DNA from: an uncultured cyanobacterium
GTDB lineage: Bacteria; Cyanobacteriota; Cyanobacteriia; Cyanobacteriales; Nostocaceae
Direction of reading: 5' to 3'
DNA: 64,000 nucleotides
Assembly (NCBI GenBank): GCA_963706595.1
Contig: OY970166.1
Span: 1,472,001-1,536,000, forward strand
Below are positions 9,853 through 21,974 of the stretch, in pieces (positions within the stretch are counted from its first letter, which is position 1; every line of letters begins with the position of its first letter). The notes below the pieces were generated by a model. It searched no databases, was not told the DNA's origin, and saw only the letters and a list, made by a program, of their open reading frames with translations. The position numbers and the translations under genes were made by a program.

Positions 9853-12052
9853 CTATTTGAGAAATAACATATTATTGGATTCATTTATTGAAAGTGTTTT
9901 TTCTATTAAAGTTAACCATTTTTCTTTGATTTGAGAATTTTCCACTAAAAATTTAAATTCTTCTGGCCGTACTTGTGTCCGAACTTCAAATAAGAAAATT
10001 CGCCATTCTTTCTTTGATTTTTCTGCCCGAAGCAGTCTATCTACAAATTCTTCTACCATTGCAAATGCAGCTTGACTGGGTTCTGGAAGCAAATCTTGCA
10101 ATGCTTGCTCACATTTATAAACTGCTTCTAGATAAATAACTTCTAATGTATCGAAAACATCCTGATCTGATGGATTTCTGGGAATGTGTACTGCTAAATT
10201 TGGAGTTAAACCATCAAGATGTTTGCGGATTCTATGCTGAACTAAGCCTCTGTATGAAATTTGAAAATCTGAGATAACTTGAAATCCTTCTTTAAGGCTA
10301 CTTAAGTTACTAGGTATTTGGTTGGCTACGGATTTAAGAAAATTAGAACCTCTTTCTCTTGTCAAACCTCCAAGAAAACACTTCTCAACCAAAACTTGTG
10401 TAACTTGAGCTTTTATTCCTTCTATAGTATGTTTTAATCCATCATCTAGAGATAGAAAGCGATAAGATAGCCTTGTGCGAATTTCATGCAAAAAGTCACT
10501 GTATGCAGATGAATAAGAACCACACTGATTAGCTTTTCTGTGAATTTCTTGAAGATTGGGAATACCAGGATTATTTCGACAGTCTTTAAAAATAGCTTCT
10601 AATGATTGCTTAAAATTTTCATCCCCTTCATCACGTCGGTTGCTTAATTTTTCTAATAGATCCTCTTTTAAACTATTTGTGATTGCATCCCAAAAATCAT
10701 CAAACAAATCATTAAACAAATTAAAAAATATAGTTTCGTCTGAGGTTATCAACATTTTATTAAAAATGCCTCGTACTTTGCACAATGCTTCTTTCACCGT
10801 ATTCTGAAGCTCGGTAATATTCTTTTGACAATCAGCAGCATAGTTTTGATCTAAAGACTCAATATGATTAGTCAGATAGTTGAGAATTATATCAAAAACT
10901 CTGTTAGCATCATCTGAATTGGAGCAATCAGCTATTTCACACTGGACAACTTTTATGGTATCAATAGTTGACTTGAGCTTTTCACAGCCTTCCAGGTTAT
11001 CAGTCCTAACACTATGATTGAGAACCATGAAAGACCTGTCTGACAGATTATTCATAGCTTTTGCTGCTTTATCATAAAAGTCTGTATCTAATTTATCCCA
11101 TTGATATCTTAATGAATCTGGTCTGCGGATGAATAAAACTACATCAACTTGATTTCCTAAAGTATTTAAAATCAGGCTCATCTCCCAATTTGGAGTCCCC
11201 TAAACCTGGTAAATCTACTAAAGATATTTGTCCGACATCTGAATTTTTAAAAGGACATAATATTTTGACTTCTCGTACTGCTAGATGTTCAAAAGTAAGT
11301 AAATTATCATAGTGATCACGTTTTTGAATGACATATTTGGAAATTTCTTCTTTTTTAATGATTAATCTACGGGGAAGTCCCGGCTGAAGTAAATGTTGGT
11401 ATTGATTTATATTAGAATGATAATCATCTTTGAGATGTTTGTACATTCTTTCATTGGTAGCACTAGCTCTTTCATTGGTAGCATTAGCATCGATTACTTG
11501 AGTTTGAGGAAATTTTTGCAGAGCAAAATCATTCAGGTTTAGGGGTTTATTTTCCAAACCTAGCTCTTTATAGTAAGGATAAATTACTTCTTCAAGAAAG
11601 GAGTTTTCTGAATGTATGATAACTTCAGTTACAATTTCTCCTTGGTGATTTTCAATAGTGCTGCGAACAGCAGTACAAGCGCCTCCTTTTAATGCTGGAA
11701 TTTCATTATCAGTGAGTCCACTTAAACTTTTAAGTAGTGTACTTTTTCCCTGTCCCATGAATCCAATCACTCCAATATTAAGAGTGTGGCGAGAAATCCG
11801 TTCTCGAAGAGTGCCAATTTTTTGACATTCGTCATCAATTTTCTTGTGAATTTCTGTAAAATCTAGTTCTTGTAAAGATTGTTTAACATTGCAGTCCTCA
11901 ACTCTTGTTAGTAGTTCATTGCGGTAAGCTTCTAAATTTTTAAGTTCTGAGGAAAGAGATTTTAAATTAGCCTCAGTATCGGCAATTTTGTTTACCAAAG
12001 GACGACGCTTTTCAATAATGCTGGCTATTTTCCTAGTTCTATCTGTGTTCAT
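9853..12052 (-). pseudogene. Dynamin-like GTPase split by a frameshift near 11178 (ORFs 11144-12052 and 9853-11181)
   Basis: N-terminal coiled coil, G1 GFMGQGKST, G2 ACTAV and G3 DLPGLGD in the first ORF; the fold continues (VDVVLFIRRP, FMVLNH, helical stalk) in the overlapping second ORF. Confidence 0.75.
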
Positions 12053-12286
12053 TGGATGATGTATAAATATTACTTCAGCACTGATCTATAGTTAGGGAAA
12101 AGCTAAAAGAGGCAAATTTTAAAATAACATCCTAAAAATAGACCTTTTATCTCCCTAAAGCTATTGTTCCCACATAAATTCAAAAATGAACACTTCGTGA
12201 TGATGTAATTTATGGATAAAAAAAATGGACACTGATAAATCGGTGTTTATCTGTGTCCATCTGTGGTTGATTAAATTACCCGAAAA

Positions 12287-13906
12287 TTATTCCCATTCTA
12301 TGGTTCCAGGTGGCTTGGAGGTAATATCATAAACCACACGGTTAACACCTTTCACTTCATTAACAATGCGGTTAGAAATGTCTTCTAATATATCGTAAGG
12401 TATGCGCGCCCAGTCAGCAGTCATACCATCTTCACTGGTAACTATGCGGAGGACAATGGGGTAAGCATAGGTACGTTTATCACCCATTACGCCAACACTG
12501 CGAATTGGTAATAATACGGCAAAGGCTTGCCAAAAATCGTGATATAAACCACGTTTGTTAATTTCTTGGCGAACAATTAAATCAGCATCACGGAGAATAT
12601 TTAACCGTTCGGGGGTGACTTCCCCTAAAATACGAATTGCTAAACCAGGGCCGGGGAAGGGTTGGCGTTGGACAATTTCTTCTGGTAAACCAATGGAACG
12701 CCCCACTTTGCGGACTTCATCTTTAAAGAGTTTCCGCAATGGTTCTACAAGTTTAAACCGCAAGTCTTTCGGTAAACCACCAACGTTATGATGACTCTTA
12801 ATTTTTACTGCTACCCGTTCGCCAGTTTTGGGGTCTACGTTGGTATCAGCAGACTCGATGACATCGGGATATAGTGTACCTTGGGCTAAATAGTCAAAGT
12901 GTCCCAGGCGTTTGGATGTTTCTTCAAATACTTGGATAAATTCATGTCCGATGCGGCGGCGTTTTTCTTCGGGGTCGGTGATCCCCTCTATCATGTTGAG
13001 AAAGCGATCGCGCGCCATGACATATTCTACAGGAATATGAAACTGTTCTTTAAATAGTTTCAATAACCGTTCTGGCTCTAATTTACGCATAAAGCCTTGG
13101 TCAATAAACACACAGGTCAATTGCTCCCCAATAGCTTTATACAACAAAAACGCCAAGGTGGAAGAATCAACTCCCCCAGATAAGGCTAACAGTACCCGCT
13201 TATCACCAACTCTGGCGCGAATTTCCCGAATTGCTTCTTCAACAAATGCCTCTGTTGTCCAAGTAGGTTCACAATCGCAGATATGATAAACAAAGTTGCG
13301 AATTAATGGTAAACCACCCAGAGAATGTACTACTTCGGGATGGAACTGGACACCATATAGTTTCTTTTCGTGGTCAGCGATCGCCGCACAGGGAGTATTA
13401 TCTGTATGGGCTAACAATTCAAACCCTGGTGGCATTTTGGTGACTGAATCTCCGTGACTCATCCACATGGTAGTCCCATCTTCGACGTTAGTTAATAAGT
13501 CGGTGGGGTCATCTATATATAATGATGCTTTGCCATACTCACCTCGATCAGCTTTGGCTACTTCCCCATCAAGTTGGTTAACCATCAACTGCATTCCATA
13601 GCAAACACCCAGGATGGGAATGCCTAAATTCCAGATTTCTGGATCACAATGGGGAGCGTGATCATCATAAACTGAACTTGGTCCACCGGAAAGAATGATG
13701 CCTTTGGGATTTAGTTTTCGTAAATGTTCAGGTGTCGTGCGATAAGAGAGAACTTCGGAGTATACTTGAGTTTCTCGTATCCGACGCGCAATTAGTTCGG
13801 AATATTGCGAGCCGAAGTCTAGAATTACAATGATTTGACGATCTAGCCGCCCCAAATTTTCCGTTTGAGGCGCTTGTTCGGTTTGTAGAGTCACCGCTGT
13901 ATTCAT
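12287..13906 (-). CDS. guaA: GMP synthase (glutamine-hydrolysing)
   Basis: [46 protein letters not shown]. Start at MNTAV is preferred over the ORF-track start. Confidence 0.97.
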   Translation of the reverse strand: MNTAVTLQTEQAPQTENLGRLDRQIIVILDFGSQYSELIARRIRETQVYSEVLSYRTTPEHLRKLNPKGIILSGGPSSVYDDHAPHCDPEIWNLGIPILGVCYGMQLMVNQLDGEVAKADRGEYGKASLYIDDPTDLLTNVEDGTTMWMSHGDSVTKMPPGFELLAHTDNTPCAAIADHEKKLYGVQFHPEVVHSLGGLPLIRNFVYHICDCEPTWTTEAFVEEAIREIRARVGDKRVLLALSGGVDSSTLAFLLYKAIGEQLTCVFIDQGFMRKLEPERLLKLFKEQFHIPVEYVMARDRFLNMIEGITDPEEKRRRIGHEFIQVFEETSKRLGHFDYLAQGTLYPDVIESADTNVDPKTGERVAVKIKSHHNVGGLPKDLRFKLVEPLRKLFKDEVRKVGRSIGLPEEIVQRQPFPGPGLAIRILGEVTPERLNILRDADLIVRQEINKRGLYHDFWQAFAVLLPIRSVGVMGDKRTYAYPIVLRIVTSEDGMTADWARIPYDILEDISNRIVNEVKGVNRVVYDITSKPPGTIEWE

Positions 13907-14138
13907 GATGGGGGGAGTTGTAGATGTAAGGTAGATGTTCGTTCTTTGGTCTAAACTAGATCCCACTTATCGCCTGGTTGAGCTGGTAAATGGTTGGTTG
14001 AGTGGATAGCCCACAAACGCGAGGTTGAACGCGCTTGCTAGCCTATGCTGATGGCATGGTATTAAAAAGAATGATTTAACTGAGAATGACTACGGAAAAA
14101 AATATGTATTTGGATTATTTATGATTATTCATAATAAA

Positions 14139-15254
14139 TTAACACAATTTTTCCATTAAGATACAACCGATTTTGCTCTTGATGATAATTTGGCGATCGC
14201 GATCAAAAAGCATCGAGCCGCAGACTGTGGTATCTTTACCTCTACTGCTATGACTTTGAATGTATTCTAAAGAACGCGTATCAATAGCTTGAGCGATCGC
14301 ACTATAAATTTGATTCACCCAATCGCTACCTGTGTCAGCATCTAAAGATTTTAAGTATTTTAATGCTGCTTCAGCTGTAGAACTATTAAATACAGTGTGT
14401 ATGTCTTCTGATTTTAAACCTACGAGGGCGCAATGGGCGGCTAAAATTTCCCGCCGACCATCAGCCAAGTGATGATGGGTGTGAAAAATTCCCCCGGCTA
14501 ATTTCATCAGCTTCCCGTGATAGCCAAATAATAAGATTTCTTTAACACCCAAAACATCAGCTTCTACTAACAGTGGTCCGAGCCAGTTAGCAGTTTTTAC
14601 CAGTTGTTCGGGATTAATACCGAGTTTACGCGCCAAATCCAGACCATTTTCACCAATACAAAAGACCAAAGTTTCAAACCGACTGGCTTTATCTTGTAAT
14701 TCGCTGCGAAAAGTGGCTAATTGATCTGGTGTACTTAAAGGTTGAGAAATACCAGTTGTCCCCAATAGCGAAAGTCCTTCCACCACACCAAAGGCAGAAT
14801 TAGAAGTACGAACAGCAAGCGATCGCCCTTCAGGTAGAATAATACTCACCGTGATTTTCTCTTCAGGTGCTAACATTCGGCTGAGGTTTTCTTGTAGCAA
14901 CCTTTGAGCATAAGCATAAATCGCCGGCTGATTACCAGCATTTAGCTGTATCCCAATCCCTTCCCCACCTTGAATAATTACACGTTCCCCGTCTCCGGTT
15001 CTCCATTCCACTAACGCCCAAATGGGAGTATTTCTAGTTAAATCGAGATTATCACCCGGTTCGCTACGAGTAATCGCCAAAGCCATATTTTCAGATAGTC
15101 CTGCTACCTGTTCAATCGGTATTTCTGCTAATTGCGCTGGTGAAATCAAATCCACCGACACAGATGTGAGAGGTTGACGATGGCGCAACCAGTGTAACGC
15201 CGCAATAGCCGAAGCACAGGCAAAAACCGGGAGAGTGTATCCAGAACGAGACAT
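14139..15254 (-). CDS. cbiD: Cobalt-precorrin-5B C1-methyltransferase
   Basis: RSGYTLPVFACA, GDNLDLT, GGEGIG, GLSLLGTTG, GYHGKL.KLAGGIFHTH. Confidence 0.93.
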   Translation of the reverse strand: MSRSGYTLPVFACASAIAALHWLRHRQPLTSVSVDLISPAQLAEIPIEQVAGLSENMALAITRSEPGDNLDLTRNTPIWALVEWRTGDGERVIIQGGEGIGIQLNAGNQPAIYAYAQRLLQENLSRMLAPEEKITVSIILPEGRSLAVRTSNSAFGVVEGLSLLGTTGISQPLSTPDQLATFRSELQDKASRFETLVFCIGENGLDLARKLGINPEQLVKTANWLGPLLVEADVLGVKEILLFGYHGKLMKLAGGIFHTHHHLADGRREILAAHCALVGLKSEDIHTVFNSSTAEAALKYLKSLDADTGSDWVNQIYSAIAQAIDTRSLEYIQSHSSRGKDTTVCGSMLFDRDRQIIIKSKIGCILMEKLC

Positions 15255-15255
15255 T

Positions 15256-15432
15256 AGGGAATGGGGAGTGGGGAGTGGGGAGTGGGGGGGAGAAGAGGCA
15301 GGGGTGCAGGGAGCAGGGAGCAGGGGGGGAGAAGAGGCAGGGGTGCAGGGAGCAGGGAGCAGGGGGGAGAAGAAGGTAACTTCCCAATGACTAATGACTA
15401 ATGACTAATGACTAATGACTAATGACCAATGA
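15256..15432. repeat. Composite heptamer repeat cassette: (GGGGAGT)n, (GGGAGCA)n blocks, (AATGAC[T/C])n
   Basis: Directly visible; same architecture as 34562-34706. Confidence 0.9.
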
Positions 15433-15721
15433 CTTCAAAGAGTAAACCTTCCATGGCTTCCGCAGAAATTCCTTGTTGGATATAACTGGGGGATTCAGGA
15501 TTGTAAGGACTTTTGAGGCGGTCAACACTGATAATTATGGCTTCATCTGGAATAACTGGCACATCGGGGTCAAATGCAGTGGGACGCATCAAGGAACTAG
15601 AAAAACCTTTAAAAATGGCAATTTGATCTTGCTCATCAGCGATTTTCACAGTTACTAGTAAGACTTCTTGGGGGCGTTTAATGGTGTATTCTTCCAGCCG
15701 CTTACCAATGGAATTATTCAT
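15419..15721 (-). CDS. Conserved cyanobacterial hypothetical protein
   Basis: 100 aa ORF with LEEYT..RPQEVL, IFKGFSSSLM.PTAFDPD and PYNP motifs, co-oriented with its neighbours. Confidence 0.75.
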   Translation of the reverse strand: MNNSIGKRLEEYTIKRPQEVLLVTVKIADEQDQIAIFKGFSSSLMRPTAFDPDVPVIPDEAIIISVDRLKSPYNPESPSYIQQGISAEAMEGLLFEVIGH

Positions 15722-15727
15722 CTTTCC

Positions 15728-16321
15728 TTACTGTTGTGTCGCTGAACGTCCCTGTTTGCCCAGCTTAACCAGGACAAAGTAAGTCAAGCACACTATATAA
15801 ATTACTAAACTCACGATGCCCAAAAAGCCTAAAAAAGTAGGCGTGCTGTTGTAATGGAAATATTGTTTAAAGAGTAAGGGTGCTTCTAACCAAACTTGGC
15901 AATAAGGAGTTTTGATTGCGGTTTCTGACACAGCACACCCCAAAAATGGAATCAGTGCGATCGCACCTAAAATAGAATAAACAGTGATTCCCCAGCGCCA
16001 AGAGTTAAAAGTCAGCTTTAAAGGGGTATTTGCTTGATAATCGATTTCATCATTCAGATCAACCCAAAACCACAGGGAAATGGGAATTAAAATTCGCGCC
16101 ATCCAGCCGGAGAGAAAACCAACTGGATACTGAGCAATCATCAAGTAAATTGTGATGGCTAGCAGACTGGATACTCGCCAGTAGATGGTTAACAGGCGTT
16201 GCATCCCTTCGGCTTTTTGTACAAATGCCCAAATTAGCAGAATTAGCGGAATAAATACTAAAAATAACAATGCCAGTCGATAGTCAATCCAGACAAACTG
16301 GCGAAACCAAACTTCATTCAT
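15728..16321 (-). CDS. DUF3177 family membrane protein
   Basis: VWIDYRLA.LF...PL.LLIWAF, YWRVSSLLAIT.YL, SLWFWVDLNDEI. Confidence 0.8.
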   Translation of the reverse strand: MNEVWFRQFVWIDYRLALLFLVFIPLILLIWAFVQKAEGMQRLLTIYWRVSSLLAITIYLMIAQYPVGFLSGWMARILIPISLWFWVDLNDEIDYQANTPLKLTFNSWRWGITVYSILGAIALIPFLGCAVSETAIKTPYCQVWLEAPLLFKQYFHYNSTPTFLGFLGIVSLVIYIVCLTYFVLVKLGKQGRSATQQ

Positions 16322-16702
16322 AACTTTTTTTTAGATTAGCAATAATAAATTTAAATCAATTATTCTGAGACTTGCTTAATTTCTCGTAAAAAAAACAAGC
16401 AACTGGCAGAAGTTAAACTTAAATATCTGCCGTAATCCTACAGCGCCATCGGGAGAGTTACGGAACTCGCCCCGAAGTTATGAACTAGTAAGTCCAAAAA
16501 AACCCCAATCTTTAAGTTGCAAAGATGTTCGTATTCAGGATCATATACTCTGAATAGAAACTTCCTAGACTGATCCAAACCTAGAATTTCTCATAGGCAT
16601 GGGTTTAGACTGGATATGGGGTTAACGCCAAGGTGGAAGATATCAGTAAGTAGATTCTAGTTGCTTGCTGATGCGGCAAAAACAAATTTACCGACTCGCT
16701 TT

Positions 16703-16936
16703 CTAGTCTTCGTAAACCCGGCACTCAGCAGCTTCTGGGTTATCGTCACAGTACTGTTCTAGTGAATTTTTGGGCTTCTTGCTACGCTGGTGGGCGGCTT
16801 CAGCTTGTAGTTCTTCCACTGCATCCCAAGCAGCAGCACACTCAGCCGAGTTGCTACCTGAAACGTCACAGATAGTCCGAGCTTGTTCTACTTCTGTTTC
16901 GATTGTTTCTTGGATTTTTTCTTGGATGTCGCTCAT
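16703..16936 (-). CDS. cp12: Calvin cycle regulatory protein CP12
   Basis: AWDAVEEL core, N-terminal Cys pair, C-terminal YCDDNPEAAECRVYED. Confidence 0.95.
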   Translation of the reverse strand: MSDIQEKIQETIETEVEQARTICDVSGSNSAECAAAWDAVEELQAEAAHQRSKKPKNSLEQYCDDNPEAAECRVYED

Positions 16937-17206
16937 AGTTTAGTCTCTTTGTGTAATTTTCGTACCAGTATAGAAAAACTTGAAGAATGGCATCTTTTTG
17001 TTCTATCGTTAACCATTCTAACCACTTAGCAGTTACGTTAAGTATTTTAGCTTAATGATCCATCCTCAACACAACAGTTCGGGATCTAGAAAAGCATTAT
17101 TTGTAGTATCCGTACTATAAAAGTATAATCATACAATAGATTTAGTGTATGTAGTTGGGGCAAAATAAAATACTACTAGACTAACAAAAAAATTAGCCCA
17201 AAATTC

Positions 17207-18445
17207 ATGGCAGACCAAATGCAGTGGGCAAATGCCCTATCAACCCGTCCTTCTTTAGAAGCAGCTGTTACAGATGTAGTACAACAGGCTGTCTCGTCGT
17301 TAACAGTACCTGCTGATTTAGGGCTGGTATTCATTTCGTCTGCTTTTGCGAGTGAGTTTTCCCGGCTTTTACCTTTGCTGGCTGAACAACTTTCAGTACC
17401 GATAATGATTGGCTGTAGTGGTCTTGGGGTAATTGGGACTACAACTACAGGAGAACCTCAAGAATTAGAGTCACAACCTGCTATCAGCCTGACATTGGGG
17501 CATTTGCCGGGTGTAAATATGCAGGTTTTTCATGTTCTGGCAGAAGAATTACCTGATTTGGATAGTTCACCAGATGCTTGGATAGATGTAATTGGTGTGG
17601 AACCATCTCCCGCGCCCCAGTTCATTTTGCTGTCTAGTGCCTTTTCTTCAAGAATCAATGATTTATTGCAGGGGCTAGATTTTGCCTACCCTGGCTCGGT
17701 AATCATTGGGGGACAAGCTAGTTCTGGGGGTGCAAATAGTCAGATAGCTCTGTTTTGTCATGATGCTGAAGGGGGGCAGTACCAACGCCTGTATCGTGAG
17801 GGAACAGTGGGCTTGGCATTAAGTGGCAATATTGTTTTAGAAACTATTGTGGCTCAAGGGTGCAGACCCATCGGCCAGCCGATGCAAGTCACAAAAGCTG
17901 AACGTAATATCATTCTGGAACTGGATGAAAAAGTGCCTCTGGTGGTATTACGAAATTTGATTAGTAGCCTGAGTGAACAAGATCGAATGCTGGCACAGCA
18001 CTCTTTGTTTGTGGGCATAGTGATGGATCAATTTAAGCTTTCTTTACAGCAGGGAGATTTTTTAATTCGCAGCATCTTGGGGGTAGATCCATCTGCTGGG
18101 GCGATCGCGATTGGAGATGTTGCTCGTCCTGGTCAACGCTTACAATTTCAACTACGTGATGCCGAAGCCTCGGCTGAAGACCTGGAATTACTTCTAGAAC
18201 GGTATCAAAATCAACAACTTTCCCAGCCCTCGGCGGCGGCGGCTTTCATGTTTTCCTGTGTCGGTCGTGGTGAAGGTCTTTACGGCAAGTCCAATTTTGA
18301 TTCGGAGTTATTTAGACGCTACATTCACGATATACCCATGGGTGGCTTTTTCTGTAATGGCGAAATCGGCCCTGTTGGTGGTAGTACCTTTGTACATGGC
18401 TACACCTCAGTTTTTGGCATTTGCCGCCAAATGACTGCTGAGTAA
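17207..18445 (+). CDS. FIST N/C domain protein
   Basis: IGCS..GVIG, IIGGQAS, VAQGCRPIG, FSCVGRG, GFFCNGEIGP, HGYTS. Confidence 0.9.
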   Translation: MADQMQWANALSTRPSLEAAVTDVVQQAVSSLTVPADLGLVFISSAFASEFSRLLPLLAEQLSVPIMIGCSGLGVIGTTTTGEPQELESQPAISLTLGHLPGVNMQVFHVLAEELPDLDSSPDAWIDVIGVEPSPAPQFILLSSAFSSRINDLLQGLDFAYPGSVIIGGQASSGGANSQIALFCHDAEGGQYQRLYREGTVGLALSGNIVLETIVAQGCRPIGQPMQVTKAERNIILELDEKVPLVVLRNLISSLSEQDRMLAQHSLFVGIVMDQFKLSLQQGDFLIRSILGVDPSAGAIAIGDVARPGQRLQFQLRDAEASAEDLELLLERYQNQQLSQPSAAAAFMFSCVGRGEGLYGKSNFDSELFRRYIHDIPMGGFFCNGEIGPVGGSTFVHGYTSVFGICRQMTAE

Positions 18446-18456
18446 GTTTCTTTGTG

Positions 18457-19626
<1,170 letters not shown>

Positions 19627-20139
19627 TGATTTATATGATAATGTGAGAAGATTGCTAAAAACCCTTTTCTACAAAGTATAACGCTTGCTTGTAAATCTTG
19701 TTTATTACCACTTGTAAGTCAGATTTGTCTCTAATTAGGTCTGATGAGGAATATGAATTAAATAACTTGCAAAGAAAGGTTTTTGACCTCACACCGTCTT
19801 TGACTTGAGTAAAACTCTCCCCTCTCCTTGATCAGGAAACGGGTTAGGGGTGAAGTTCTATATTTTATTAAATTTGCACACTTTCTGCTTGCTTGATTTT
19901 TCTGATTTATTCCGGCTTTATAGCTACCTAGATACTTTAAGTTTAGAAAAAAAATAATGGCATAAAGCAAATTTAATTAAGTCATAAATCCAAAGATCCC
20001 CCACTTTTTGAAGAAATCGGGGATCAGATCCAATGTTTGTGTTGGCAGAAAGTAATATCATGAGTATTGCGATCGCTTCGCAGCGCTGACGCGATCGCCT
20101 ATTCACGCTCGTTTTCTGAACCAAGGAGAAGTATCAATT

Positions 20140-20787
20140 TTGGCAGTAGTCCGAGTCCGCCAACACGTAAACCCACTGGCTAAAAAGTATCAAACGCCAG
20201 CAAATGCCCTAGAATGGGAAAAAGTTTATCCACAGCCAAACCAACCACTACATTTAGATATTGGCTGCGCTAAGGGCAGGTTTTTGGTGCAAATGGCGCA
20301 AATAGAAACCGACTGGAATTTTCTGGGTTTAGAAATTCGGGAACCGTTGGTGGTAGAAGCGAATCAGTTACGCTGTGAGTTGGGTTTAACAAATCTCCAT
20401 TATTTATTTTGCAATGTGAATAACTCGTTGAAGTCGCTGTTAACTTCTCTACCTACAGGCACTTTACAGCGTGTAAGCATTCAATTTCCTGATCCTTGGT
20501 TTAAAAACCGCCATGCTAAACGCCGAGTAGTACAACCGGAATTAGTGGCAGAATTAGCTCATTATCTGGCGGTTGGGGGCGTTGTGTTTCTGCAATCAGA
20601 TATTGAGTTTGTCGCCGTGGAAATGCGCGATCGCTTTGCCGAAAATCCCGCTTTTGAGCGAGTGGGTACAGCAGAATGGTTAACACAAAACCCTTTACCA
20701 GTACCGACAGAACGGGAAATAGGGACTCAAAATAAAGGTGAACCAGTATATCGGGCTATGTTTGTCAAAAAAACTTCAACACCCTAA
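20140..20787 (+). CDS. trmB: tRNA (guanine-N7)-methyltransferase
   Basis: [39 protein letters not shown]. Confidence 0.95.
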   Translation: MAVVRVRQHVNPLAKKYQTPANALEWEKVYPQPNQPLHLDIGCAKGRFLVQMAQIETDWNFLGLEIREPLVVEANQLRCELGLTNLHYLFCNVNNSLKSLLTSLPTGTLQRVSIQFPDPWFKNRHAKRRVVQPELVAELAHYLAVGGVVFLQSDIEFVAVEMRDRFAENPAFERVGTAEWLTQNPLPVPTEREIGTQNKGEPVYRAMFVKKTSTP

Positions 20788-20851
20788 TTTATCTGTAATT
20801 TGCTAAAATTTCCTCAACGATAATTTTAAAACAGGGCAACTCTTCATCACT

Positions 20852-21835
20852 ATGCCAACATCTGCAACTGACGCTCAAGACGCAGCAGCGATCCAAGCCG
20901 CAACAGCAGGGGTTGCTGTATGCGATCGCTCGCATTGGGGGCGCATCCGGGTTTCTGATGATGACCGTCTGCGGTTTTTACACAATCAAAGCACTAACGA
21001 TTTCCAAAGCCTCCAGCCAGGACAAGGCTGTGATACCGTAATGGTGTCATCCACTGCCCGCACCATTGACCTAGTGAGTGCATACATTCTAGAAGATGCA
21101 GTTCTATTACTAACTTCCCCTAGCCGTCGTCAATCTCTCTTCCAATGGCTAGATCGGTATATCTTTTATGCTGATAAAGTGCAACTAAAAGATGTCACAG
21201 ATGAAACATCAACCTTTAGCCTCATCGGGGCAAAAAGTGATGCAATTGTGGAAAAATTGGGTGCTGGGGCGATTATTGGTAAACCCTATGGTAATCATCT
21301 AAAAATTGACGGGGTAATGGTGGCTGTGGGTAGCGGCTTGGCTGAACCAGGATATACGCTGATTTTGCCCAATTCACAAAAAGCGCAAGTATGGCAGCAG
21401 ATTTTAGAATTAGGGGCAGTAGAATTGAGCGATCGCGCCTGGGATATGTTACGTATTTTACAAGGAAGACCAGCCCCAGATGCGGAACTTACAGATGATT
21501 ATAATCCTTTAGAAGTGGGTTTATGGCAAACTATTTCTTTTAACAAAGGTTGTTATATCGGTCAAGAAACCATCGCCCGGTTAAATACATATAAAGGTGT
21601 AAAACAGTACCTCTGGGGTATCCGGCTGAATGCACCAGTGGAAGTTGGCAGTGCGATTACAGTTGGGGATGAAAAAGTTGGTAAGCTGACCAGTTATACT
21701 GAAACTGCAAATGGTCATTTTGGACTAGGTTACATTCGCAGCAAAGCTGGTGGTGTAGGTTTAAAAGTCCAAGTCGGAGAAACTGAAGGTGAAGTTGTAG
21801 AAATACCATTTGTTTCTCATGAATACCCACAATAA
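20852..21835 (+). CDS. ygfZ: Folate-binding protein, YgfZ/GcvT family
   Basis: KGCYIGQE signature, DRLRFLHNQSTN. Confidence 0.9.
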   Translation: MPTSATDAQDAAAIQAATAGVAVCDRSHWGRIRVSDDDRLRFLHNQSTNDFQSLQPGQGCDTVMVSSTARTIDLVSAYILEDAVLLLTSPSRRQSLFQWLDRYIFYADKVQLKDVTDETSTFSLIGAKSDAIVEKLGAGAIIGKPYGNHLKIDGVMVAVGSGLAEPGYTLILPNSQKAQVWQQILELGAVELSDRAWDMLRILQGRPAPDAELTDDYNPLEVGLWQTISFNKGCYIGQETIARLNTYKGVKQYLWGIRLNAPVEVGSAITVGDEKVGKLTSYTETANGHFGLGYIRSKAGGVGLKVQVGETEGEVVEIPFVSHEYPQ

Positions 21836-21974
21836 ACAATTAAAAATTCAAAAGATAAATATAAAATTTCCTCCTATGTTAATTACATATTCATCTGCGT
21901 TCATCTGTGTTTATCTGCGTTAAATAAATCTTCTCTAACCCATTCTATCCTCGCCAGTTTCCCCAAATAAAATC

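Noticed and set aside
15112..15387. 91-aa ORF rich in PPAPCSLHP, and similar ORFs at 34344-34673 and 34399-34683
   Set aside because: These are translations of heptamer repeat cassettes overlapping real genes.
16445..16480. Hairpin CGGGAGAGTT-ACGG-AACTCGCCCCG between cp12 and the DUF3177 gene
   Set aside because: Single imperfect hairpin with no match to a motif I recognise; not enough to call a riboswitch or terminator.
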